IMG/VR virus record: IMGVR_UViG_3300029477_000009
Length of the DNA: 41,522 nt
From: a virus
Strand: one strand, 5' to 3'
The notes under the pieces are model-generated. The model searched no databases and had not been told where the DNA came from. It saw only the letters and a program-made list of their open reading frames with translations. Positions 17,146 to 23,652 of the stretch are shown here, one piece after another. The first letter of the stretch is position 1. Each line of letters begins with the position of its first letter. Both the position numbers and the translations under genes were made by a program.

Positions 17146-17419
17146 TTAATGCGCAGCGAGGAGAGCAAGCAATCCGACAACAAAACCGGCAATTCCAAAT
17201 AGGACGCCGATAAGCGCAACCGTTAAATTGATACGGTTCCATTTCAACGTGAATTTATGTTCTTTTTCGTCTGATTCTTCACGCAAGCGGCGTTCATCGT
17301 TCATCTGATTCTTCACGCAAGCGGCGTTCATCGTTCATCTGATTTTGGATGGATTCACGAAATTCTAATTCGGCTTCCTGCTCAATGTTTTTGAGTTGAG
17401 GACCCAAAGGTAAACGCAT
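17146..17419 (-). pseudogene. Tail-anchored coiled-coil membrane protein gene split by a 34-bp tandem duplication
   Basis: A strong RBS aaaggaggtgctgtc lies before the ATG at 17419. The ORFs 17294-17419 and 17146-17331 both contain QMNDERRLREESDE. Removing one 34-bp copy fuses them in frame into a 79-aa protein ending LTVALIGVLFGIAGFVVGLLALLAAH. Confidence 0.6.
17270..17337. repeat. Exact 34-bp tandem duplication (2 copies plus a 7-bp partial third)
   Basis: tctgattcttcacgcaagcggcgttcatcgttca occurs twice (17270-17303 and 17304-17337), followed by tctgatt. Confidence 0.9.
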
Positions 17420-17485
17420 GACAGCACCTCCTTTCTCGGCCATTATAACACGCCGAGAGAGGGCACGCAACGGAGGTGATAACCG

Positions 17486-17581
17486 ATGTACATAAACCCG
17501 TTTGTGGCGGGCGTGCTTGCCACACTGGGCGCAGAAATCGTGCTCCTTGTGCTCTACGCCGTTACGCATATGGAGCATTAG
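17486..17581 (+). CDS. Possible 31-aa hydrophobic peptide
   Basis: RBS ggaggtgataaccg lies before the ATG. MYINPFVAGVLATLGAEIVLLVLYAVTHMEH. Its N-terminus resembles the peptide at 18183. Confidence 0.3.
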   Translation: MYINPFVAGVLATLGAEIVLLVLYAVTHMEH

Positions 17582-17716
17582 CAAGGCGAGGCGTGGCAAA
17601 GGCAACGCGAAGCAGGACACTGCAACGGCATAGCTGGGCAGGGCATCGCAATGGCAAAGCACAGCGTAGATACGCAACGGAATTGCAAAGCGTAGACAGG
17701 CGTTGAAATGCCGCGT
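17582..17716 (+). repeat. T-depleted GCA/GGCA-rich degenerate repeat tract (first)
   Basis: gcaaggcgaggcgtggcaaaggcaacgcgaagcagg..gcaacggcatagc..gcaaagcgtagac. It has very few T and no credible ORF. Confidence 0.6.
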
Positions 17717-17760
17717 AAGGGCAGACCGAGGGCAAACCAAGGGCACACAAAGGGCAAACC
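17717..17760 (+). repeat. Four tandem 11-bp repeats RAGGGCAVACM
   Basis: AAGGGCAGACC GAGGGCAAACC AAGGGCACACA AAGGGCAAACC, running into the SD AAAAGGAGGG of 17777. Confidence 0.85.
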
Positions 17761-17776
17761 AAAAGGAGGGAAGAAC

Positions 17777-18013
17777 ATGGAGGAACGGAGCTACAAGGAA
17801 CTGCGGCAGGAAGTGAAAAACGACCTGGTGCAGATGTACGGCGGCGCGGTGCTTTTAACGCTCGAACAGTGCATGAAAGTGTACGGTTTGACGGACAGAG
17901 ACGCTGCAAAGAAGGTTATTCGTGCACCGAGGGTTCTCGGTGAAAGACGGGTAGTTTACTACATCGGCGACGTTGCAAGCGACATTGCAAAGCGGCGCGT
18001 CGGGAACGTCTGA
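17777..18013 (+). CDS. Excisionase-like (HTH_17/MerR-type) small DNA-binding protein
   Basis: Strong RBS aaaaggaggg. LLTLEQCMKVYGLTDRDAAKKVIRAPRVLGERRVVYYIGDVASDIAKRRV follows the Xis/AlpA pattern. Confidence 0.6.
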   Translation: MEERSYKELRQEVKNDLVQMYGGAVLLTLEQCMKVYGLTDRDAAKKVIRAPRVLGERRVVYYIGDVASDIAKRRVGNV

Positions 18014-18088
18014 GGGCAAACCGAGGGCAGTCCGAGGGCAAACAAAGGGCAGACCGAGGGCAGTCCGAGGGCAGACAAAGGGCAACAG
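18012..18088 (+). repeat. Seven tandem 11-bp repeats RAGGGCARNCM
   Basis: GAGGGCAAACC GAGGGCAGTCC GAGGGCAAACA AAGGGCAGACC GAGGGCAGTCC GAGGGCAGACA AAGGGCAACAG. There is a 33-bp higher-order unit. The array starts inside the stop codon of 17777-18013. Confidence 0.9.
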
Positions 18089-18120
18089 AAGAAGAAGGCA
18101 ATAAAGCAATACAGCAATAA

Positions 18121-18152
18121 CTACTCTCTCTCACTAACGTTCGAGAGAGTAG
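18121..18152. repeat. Perfect 10-bp inverted repeat with 12-nt spacer
   Basis: CTACTCTCTC-tcactaacgttc-GAGAGAGTAG. No U-tract follows it. Confidence 0.8.
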
Positions 18153-18182
18153 GACGCACACACACGACAGGAGGAAAAAACC

Positions 18183-18338
18183 ATGACTATCAACCCCGTA
18201 CTTTTCGGCGTACTCGCCTGCATCTTCACGCAGCTCGTGCTGCTGTTCGGGTGGGGCTTTTACCACCGCGTTCTCAAGGACGAGCTGCACAAGCGCATTC
18301 AGCGCATGGCTCGACTGCCGATGAACACACGCCGATGA
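18183..18338 (+). CDS. Possible 51-aa membrane peptide
   Basis: RBS gacaggagg. MTINPVLFGVLACIFTQLVLLFGWGFYHRVLKDELHKRIQRMARLPMNTRR. Confidence 0.4.
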   Translation: MTINPVLFGVLACIFTQLVLLFGWGFYHRVLKDELHKRIQRMARLPMNTRR

Positions 18339-18475
18339 CCGACGGCATCAGGCGGCGGAACGTAATCCGCGAGATGCAGAAACGCACGATCGGCGAGGCG
18401 CTTTACTCGAAGAAGATCGGCAGAAAGCCGAACGCAAGCGCTAAGAAAATCGGCGTACTGCCAAAACGAGATTAG

Positions 18476-18700
18476 CCGCGCAAGGGCAAGGCAAAGCGCA
18501 GCAGAGCATAGCAAGGGCGTAGCATTGCAAGGCAACGGCAGAGCAGAGCATAGCAAGGGCATGGCACAGCGCAGATGCGCACAGCAACGGCAAAGCATGG
18601 CGAAGCAGAGCGAGGGCATAGCGAAGCAGAGCGAGGGCATAGCAACGCAGTGCGCTGCAACGGCAAGGCATAGCATTACAAAGCTATGCGAGGGCAAAGC
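18476..18700 (+). repeat. T-depleted GCA/GGCA-rich degenerate repeat tract (largest)
   Basis: Contains GCATAGC five times, CAGAGCATAGCAAGGGC twice (42 bp apart), GCGAAGCAGAGCGAGGGCATA twice in tandem, and GCAACGGCA three times. Confidence 0.75.
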
Positions 18701-18731
18701 TTGAGGAACGAAACAGGAGGACAAAAAAATC

Positions 18732-19361
18732 ATGAAAAAGCTGAAAATTCACGTGACATTCACCGAGGGCATTCTCGGCACGGCAACCGCAGACCCGGAA
18801 ATCTACAGCCGGTTCATCGGCTCGAAGAGCCCGGACGCGGCAACACTGCCGGAGGAAGTCGCGGCACTCGGTGAGGACGCAATCGTCGAGAGAGGCACGA
18901 CCATATTCCCTAAGGACGAGGACGGCACGCCCTTTCTCTGGGACTACCAGATCAAGGGGTTCTTCAAGGATGCCTGCGGAATGCTGGCACGTCTCAGCGG
19001 CAAGGACCCCGAAACCGGCAAAAAGCGCAAGGCGGTAAACGAGTCCGGCAAGCTGACGGCGTACAAAAAGGTCATCGACGGCCTGATCTTCGTCGAGCCG
19101 CGCCGCATTCGGCTCGATACCCCGGGCGCAATCACGATCTGCCAGCGTTCGCTGCGTGCGCAGACCGCGCAGGGCGAGAGAACCGCACTCAGCAGCAGTG
19201 AGGAATGCCCGGCGGGCACGACGTGCGAAATGACGATCCTCTGCTTGGACGATGCACACGAAAAAGCAGTGCGCGAGTGGCTGGACTACGGCGCACTGCG
19301 CGGTATCGGACAGTGGAGGAACAGTTCGAAGGGACGGTTCAAGTGGGAGGAGGTCAAGTGA
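18732..19361 (+). CDS. Conserved-looking early protein of unknown function
   Basis: 209 aa with RBS aacaggagg. First long gene after the repeat tracts. Confidence 0.7.
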   Translation: MKKLKIHVTFTEGILGTATADPEIYSRFIGSKSPDAATLPEEVAALGEDAIVERGTTIFPKDEDGTPFLWDYQIKGFFKDACGMLARLSGKDPETGKKRKAVNESGKLTAYKKVIDGLIFVEPRRIRLDTPGAITICQRSLRAQTAQGERTALSSSEECPAGTTCEMTILCLDDAHEKAVREWLDYGALRGIGQWRNSSKGRFKWEEVK

Positions 19362-20401
19362 TGAAATGCTACAAGGGATTCGACAAGGACTTGCGCTGCA
19401 AGGACTTTCAGTACGAAATCGGCAAGGAGTACGAAACCGAGCGGGCGGAAATCTGCGAGGAGGGCTTTCACGCCTGTGAGTTTCCGCTCGATGTGCTGTG
19501 GTATTACAATCCGGCAGATAGCCGGTTCTGCGAGGTCGAGCTCGACGCAAACGAGCAGACGCGCGACGACAGTAAGCGCGTCGGAAAGAAAATCAAAATC
19601 GGCGCGGAAATCGGGCTTTCCGGACTGGTTAAGGCTGGCGTGAAGTTTATCCTCGAAAAAGCTGATTTCGAGAATGCGAAAGCCACGAACACCGGCAACC
19701 GTAGCGCAGCGACGAACACCGGCAACAGTAGCGCAGCGACGAACACCGGCAACAGTAGCGCAGCGACGAACACCGGCAACCGTAGCGCAGCGACGAACAC
19801 CGGCTACCGTAGCGCAGCGACGAACACCGGCGACAGTAGCGCAGCGACGAACACCGGCAACAGTAGCGCAGCGACGAACACCGGCCACAGTAGCGCAGCG
19901 ACGAACACCGGCGACTGTAGCGCAGCGACGAACACCGGCTACTGTAGCGCAGCGACGAACACCGGCAACCGTAGCGCAGCGACGAACACCGGCGACTGTA
20001 GCGCAGCGACGAACACCGGCAACCGTAGCGCAGCGACGAACACCGGCTACTGTAGCGCAGCGACGAACACCGGCAACCGTAGCGCAGCGACGAACACCGG
20101 ATACCGTAGCGCAGCGACGAACACCGGCTACAGTAGCGCAGCGACGAACACCGGCGACTGTAGCGCAGCGACGAACACCGGCCACAGTAGCGCAGCGACT
20201 GTCGAAGGGAAGGAAAGCATTGCTATCGTTACCGGGAACGGAAGCAAGGCGAGCGGCAAGCGTGGATGCTGGCTTGTGCTTACAGAGCGAGACAATAAAA
20301 ATCACGTTCTGGGTGTGCAGGCTGTGAAGGTGGACGGCGAAACCATCAAGGAAGATGCGTTCTACACGCTGTCCGGTGGAAAGGTAACAGAAGTCAAATA
20401 A
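19361..20401 (+). CDS. Nonapeptide-repeat (ATNTGxxSA x19) protein with Cys-containing N-domain
   Basis: Starts MKCYKGFDKDLRCKDFQYEIGKEYE..GFHACEFPLDV. It has 19 nonapeptide repeats and a ~70-aa C-terminal domain. Confidence 0.75.
   Translation: MKCYKGFDKDLRCKDFQYEIGKEYETERAEICEEGFHACEFPLDVLWYYNPADSRFCEVELDANEQTRDDSKRVGKKIKIGAEIGLSGLVKAGVKFILEKADFENAKATNTGNRSAATNTGNSSAATNTGNSSAATNTGNRSAATNTGYRSAATNTGDSSAATNTGNSSAATNTGHSSAATNTGDCSAATNTGYCSAATNTGNRSAATNTGDCSAATNTGNRSAATNTGYCSAATNTGNRSAATNTGYRSAATNTGYSSAATNTGDCSAATNTGHSSAATVEGKESIAIVTGNGSKASGKRGCWLVLTERDNKNHVLGVQAVKVDGETIKEDAFYTLSGGKVTEVK
19682..20194 (+). repeat. 19 tandem 27-bp repeats inside 19361-20401
   Basis: The unit is gcgacgaacaccggcNacNgtagcgca. 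The copies are identical except at two positions, plus two singletons (gcc in unit 1 and gga in unit 16). Confidence 0.95.
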
Positions 20402-20405
20402 AAAA

Positions 20406-20438
20406 CCGCCGAGCGGGAGCGCAATCCCGTTTCGGCGG
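20406..20438. terminator. Stable hairpin after the repeat-protein gene, with A6 upstream and no U-tract downstream
   Basis: CCGCCGA-g-CGGGA-gcgcaa-TCCCG-tt-TCGGCGG. It would be a canonical terminator only for the minus strand. Confidence 0.35.
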
Positions 20439-20487
20439 CAAAGATAAATGTTCAAAGAAAGTCTAACACGAAAAGGAGAAAAAGTCA

Positions 20488-20751
20488 ATGGACAGAGAGA
20501 CGGCGCACAAGCTGCTTGATCTGGTGTTAAATGCAAAGCACAAGGGCGTGACATTTGAGTTCACGCCGATGTGCAACAATGGCGGACAGGCGAGCTTTTT
20601 CATTCACGAGTGGGACGGAAACAGTATCGGCAAATGCCGCGGCTACACGATGGATATTGACGGCGCGTGGCTTGTGCTCGGTGAGGGCAGACGCTGCACG
20701 ACGCAGGAAATCATGGAGGTTCTGGAGGGGTTGCAGGATGCTGAACATTGA
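20488..20751 (+). CDS. Hypothetical protein
   Basis: RBS aaaaggag; 87 aa. Confidence 0.55.
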   Translation: MDRETAHKLLDLVLNAKHKGVTFEFTPMCNNGGQASFFIHEWDGNSIGKCRGYTMDIDGAWLVLGEGRRCTTQEIMEVLEGLQDAEH

Positions 20752-20941
20752 GCCGCCCTTAGAACCGCCCGAGCGGGACGATCAGGAGCGCATTAACCGG
20801 CTGTACGACATGAGAGAGGCGGAAATCAGCATGGGGGCGTTCCTCGAGGAGTACGAGGGGCTGTTCCCGGATGAGATCAAGAACTTTCTCGAAGATGTGA
20901 GAACGGCAGTTTGGGAATATGAACAGGAGGACGAAGAATGA
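20738..20941 (+). CDS. Small acidic protein
   Basis: Starts at an internal ATG 8 nt after GGAGGGG. 67 aa, Glu/Asp-rich, ending EYEQEDEE. Confidence 0.5.
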   Translation: MLNIEPPLEPPERDDQERINRLYDMREAEISMGAFLEEYEGLFPDEIKNFLEDVRTAVWEYEQEDEE

Positions 20942-21813
20942 ATGACAATCTGGCGCTATATAACGCGCTGCGCACAGTACCACAAACAGCAAAAAAAGAG
21001 ATTCAAGCCGGAAAACTGAAAGGTTTTACCGACATCAACCCGATGTGGCGCATTAAGGCACTGACAGAGCAATTCGGACCGTGTGGCATTGGCTGGAGGC
21101 CCGAAATTGTAAAGCAGTGGCTCGAAACGCACGACGGCGTTGTGTGTGCGTTCTGCAATATCAATCTGTTTGTCAAGATGGGCGGCGAATGGTCGGCCGC
21201 CATCCCGGGGACAGGCGGCAGCCAGTTCGTTTCACAGACCAGAAACGGCCCGCAAGTCTCGGACGAATGCTGGAAGATGGCGCTTACGGATGCAATTTCG
21301 GTCGCCGCTAAGATGCTCGGCGTCGGCGCAGACGTATACTGGAACGACGACAGCGTGCGGGAAGATCAGACGAAGTATTCCGGCGAGGCGGAACGTGCAG
21401 GAACGGACAAGCTGATTAAGCGTGACTGTCAGGCGTTTGCACGACGGCTGCAACAGGTATACGGAAATGACAAGGCGCAGGAACATCTTATGAGGCTGAC
21501 CGGATGCCGCACCACGTCAGAGGTGACTTATGACGAATACCATTTCGCACTGCAAAAGATCGAGCGGGAGCTGTCTCTGCAAAAGCCGCCGGAGGACACA
21601 ATCGGAGATAACGAAGCAGATGTAATCAAGAAAATTGCAAAGGCGCTCGGTGCGAAAACCAAAAAGCAGTTCGAGGAAATCATCGGCTTTCCGCTCGAGA
21701 AACTGCCGGAACTGAAAATGAACGATTACGGCGTGCTGATGGTAGAACTGAACAAGAAGATGGGAGAAAAAGACCATCAGAAAGTGATGGAGATGGTGAA
21801 CGATGACGCATGA
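20938..21813 (+). CDS. Single-strand annealing protein, Rad52/Sak-like
   Basis: DINPMWRIKALTEQFGPCGIGWRPEI and KMALTDAISVAAKMLGVGADVYW resemble Rad52-type phage SSAPs. It lies next to SSB, NinB and RusA. Confidence 0.6.
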   Translation: MNDNLALYNALRTVPQTAKKEIQAGKLKGFTDINPMWRIKALTEQFGPCGIGWRPEIVKQWLETHDGVVCAFCNINLFVKMGGEWSAAIPGTGGSQFVSQTRNGPQVSDECWKMALTDAISVAAKMLGVGADVYWNDDSVREDQTKYSGEAERAGTDKLIKRDCQAFARRLQQVYGNDKAQEHLMRLTGCRTTSEVTYDEYHFALQKIERELSLQKPPEDTIGDNEADVIKKIAKALGAKTKKQFEEIIGFPLEKLPELKMNDYGVLMVELNKKMGEKDHQKVMEMVNDDA

Positions 21814-22360
21814 GTTCGACAGGGCGCGCGTCGTGCGCGACGAGAGCGGCAACTGGCTTTGCCTGCACGTCAAGAACGCGCCTATGGCGCGCGTAGAGTG
21901 CGAGCAGATGAAGGAGGGCAAGTTATACTGTGCAGAGGTAAAGCGCAAGTATGACAAGCGGAGCGTTGACGCGAATGCGCTGTATTGGAAAATGTGCAAC
22001 AAGTTATCGGCTGCATTGAATGAACCTCCCGAAACGATATACAGGCGTCACATCAAAGATATCGGAAATTACGAAACAATCTGCATGATGAGCAAAACGG
22101 TCGGAAGTTTTAGCCGGCGGTGGACGAGTGGGCATTTAGGCAGGTTCATAGAAACAAAAAAATCGACTATACCGGAGTGCACAACGGTTCTCGCGTATTA
22201 CGGTTCAAGCGATTTCAGCACAAGACAAATGTCTGTGCTGATTGATAACTGTATGCAGGATTGCAAGAATGTTGGAGTGGAAACACTCCCGGAAAACGAA
22301 ATTGCTGCGATTGTAGAGAGGTGGGCAGATGGAAAAGTGGAAAGTCATACCGGGCACTAA
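21803..22360 (+). CDS. NinB/Orf-like recombination mediator (tentative)
   Basis: KRSVDANALYWKMCNKLS and SSDFSTRQMSVLIDNCMQDCKNVGVE parallel the lambda NinB motifs RSLDQN..LW and STS.M...EF..L. Confidence 0.45.
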   Translation: MTHEFDRARVVRDESGNWLCLHVKNAPMARVECEQMKEGKLYCAEVKRKYDKRSVDANALYWKMCNKLSAALNEPPETIYRRHIKDIGNYETICMMSKTVGSFSRRWTSGHLGRFIETKKSTIPECTTVLAYYGSSDFSTRQMSVLIDNCMQDCKNVGVETLPENEIAAIVERWADGKVESHTGH

Positions 22361-22919
22361 CTGCATGTACTGGGTCAGCAACGAGGGCAGAGTGAAGTCG
22401 GTTTACAAATATTCCGACCGAAAAGGGAGAAGAACAGGCACGAAAGAACACATCTTAAAGCCGAGCGAGAACAGCATGGGGTACTTGCGCGTTTCAATTC
22501 GCATCAACGGAATTGCGCAACGCTGTTTTGTGCATCGACTTGTAGCAGATGCTTTTATCCCGAAAGATGAAGGGAAAAACATTGTGAACCATAAGGACTT
22601 TAATCCGCACAACAACGCGGCGGAGAACCTTGAATGGGTCACGGAATACGAAAACTATCGTTATTCGTTCGATAGAGGGAGGTTCAAGCGAACGGACGAG
22701 TGGAAAAGACACTTGAAAGAAACGCTTGATACCTGCATGGGCAAATCTGTTATTGGCGTGAATATACAGACCGGAGAAACACGGTTTTATAGGGCATTAA
22801 ACGATTGCAAACGCGATGGATTTACGACATCGAATGTAAGCCAATGCTGCAACAGAAAGCGAACGAAATACGCCGGTTACACTTGGAGATTTGCAACATC
22901 GGAGGAGAAAACGGTATGA
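22329..22919 (+). CDS. HNH homing endonuclease (NUMOD4 plus HNH_3 plus C-terminal DNA-binding motif)
   Basis: WKVIPGTNCMYWVSNEGRVKS is a NUMOD4 pattern and VNHKDFNPHNNAAENLEWVT is an HNH pattern. The gene is clearly AT-richer than its flanks. Confidence 0.85.
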   Translation: MEKWKVIPGTNCMYWVSNEGRVKSVYKYSDRKGRRTGTKEHILKPSENSMGYLRVSIRINGIAQRCFVHRLVADAFIPKDEGKNIVNHKDFNPHNNAAENLEWVTEYENYRYSFDRGRFKRTDEWKRHLKETLDTCMGKSVIGVNIQTGETRFYRALNDCKRDGFTTSNVSQCCNRKRTKYAGYTWRFATSEEKTV

Positions 22920-23230
22920 GGCGGCAGACGAAGTTTACGGGCGTGTCGCCAAGTGTCTGGAAAGAGTGTTACGACCGGGACGGCGGCGTTTGCCGCCACT
23001 GCGGGAAGGGCGGCGTACTGCAAGCGTGCCATTTTGTATCGAGAGCACGCGGCGGCATGGGGATTCCGACGAATTTAGTCATGCTGTGCCCGGAGTGTCA
23101 TCGGGAAATGGACCAGGGTGACGGCAAGGAAATCAAGGAAGAAATGCGGGAGTACCTCGAAAGTATGTATCCGCTGTGGAGCGAGGAAAAGCAGAAATAC
23201 ACAAAGGAGACAGGACGAAATGCTGAATAA
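22916..23230 (+). CDS. HNH-type nuclease
   Basis: Has an ATGA overlap. CRHCGK..ACHFVSRARGG..NLVMLCPECH is a zinc-ribbon HNH pattern. Confidence 0.7.
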   Translation: MRRQTKFTGVSPSVWKECYDRDGGVCRHCGKGGVLQACHFVSRARGGMGIPTNLVMLCPECHREMDQGDGKEIKEEMREYLESMYPLWSEEKQKYTKETGRNAE

Positions 23231-23639
23231 GATCATCTTACAGGGGCGGCTCACCAAGGATTTTGAGCTGCGATACACGCAGAGCAACACGGCGGTTGCA
23301 GGCGGCACGCTGGCGGTGCAGAGAAGCCGCAAGGACGCGGGCGGAAAGTACCCGAGTGACTTCATTGACGTGGTTCTGTGGAGTAGGCTGGCAGAGCACG
23401 CGCATACGTGGTTCCACAAGGGCGACATGTGCATTGTTTCCGGCAGGCTCGAAAGCCGCGACTGGGAGGATAAGAACGGCAACAAACGCCGCTCGTGGGA
23501 GGTGCAGTGCGAAAGCATTGACTTCTGCGGCGGCAAGAGCGAGGGCAAGCCGAAGGAAGAGGAAAGCGACTTCATCGCGTCGGACGAGAGTGACTTTATC
23601 ATGTCGGACGAGAGCGACCAGGGCGACGTTCCGTTTTGA
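23220..23639 (+). CDS. ssb: Single-stranded DNA-binding protein
   Basis: OB-fold pattern MLNKIILQGRLTKDFELRYT..., with an acidic tail ending DVPF. Confidence 0.9.
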   Translation: MLNKIILQGRLTKDFELRYTQSNTAVAGGTLAVQRSRKDAGGKYPSDFIDVVLWSRLAEHAHTWFHKGDMCIVSGRLESRDWEDKNGNKRRSWEVQCESIDFCGGKSEGKPKEEESDFIASDESDFIMSDESDQGDVPF

Positions 23640-23652
23640 GAGGTGACAGGGG

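Noticed and set aside
17717-18088. Possible CRISPR array or minisatellite.
   Set aside because: The 11-bp units are contiguous with no spacers, there is no leader and no cas genes, and the unit is far shorter than CRISPR repeats.
17708-18475. A single + frame is open from 17708 to 18475 apart from one TGA at 18011, which raised the idea of stop-codon read-through or recoding, or an AT-hook-like N-extension (PRKGRPRA).
   Set aside because: The openness follows from T depletion. The strong SD sits at 17777 rather than 17708. All other genes are intact under the standard code, so recoding is not supported.
17294-18733. Cys/Ala/Leu-rich minus-strand ORFs: 17562..17909, 17578..17778, 17855..18109, 17916..18290, 18299..18733, 18441..18671, 18472..18666, and the N-part of 17294..17746.
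   Set aside because: They are the antisense of T-depleted GCA-rich tracts, so stops are rare and TGC/GCA codons dominate. There are no RBSs, and they overlap well-supported + strand genes.
19286-20554. Long alternative-frame and antisense ORFs through the 27-bp repeat array (19286..20554 minus, 19674..20327 plus, 19504..19800 minus).
   Set aside because: They are read-throughs of the same perfect repeat in other frames (RCATVAGVR.., RRTPATVAQ..). They have no RBS, and the forward frame has proper N- and C-terminal domains.
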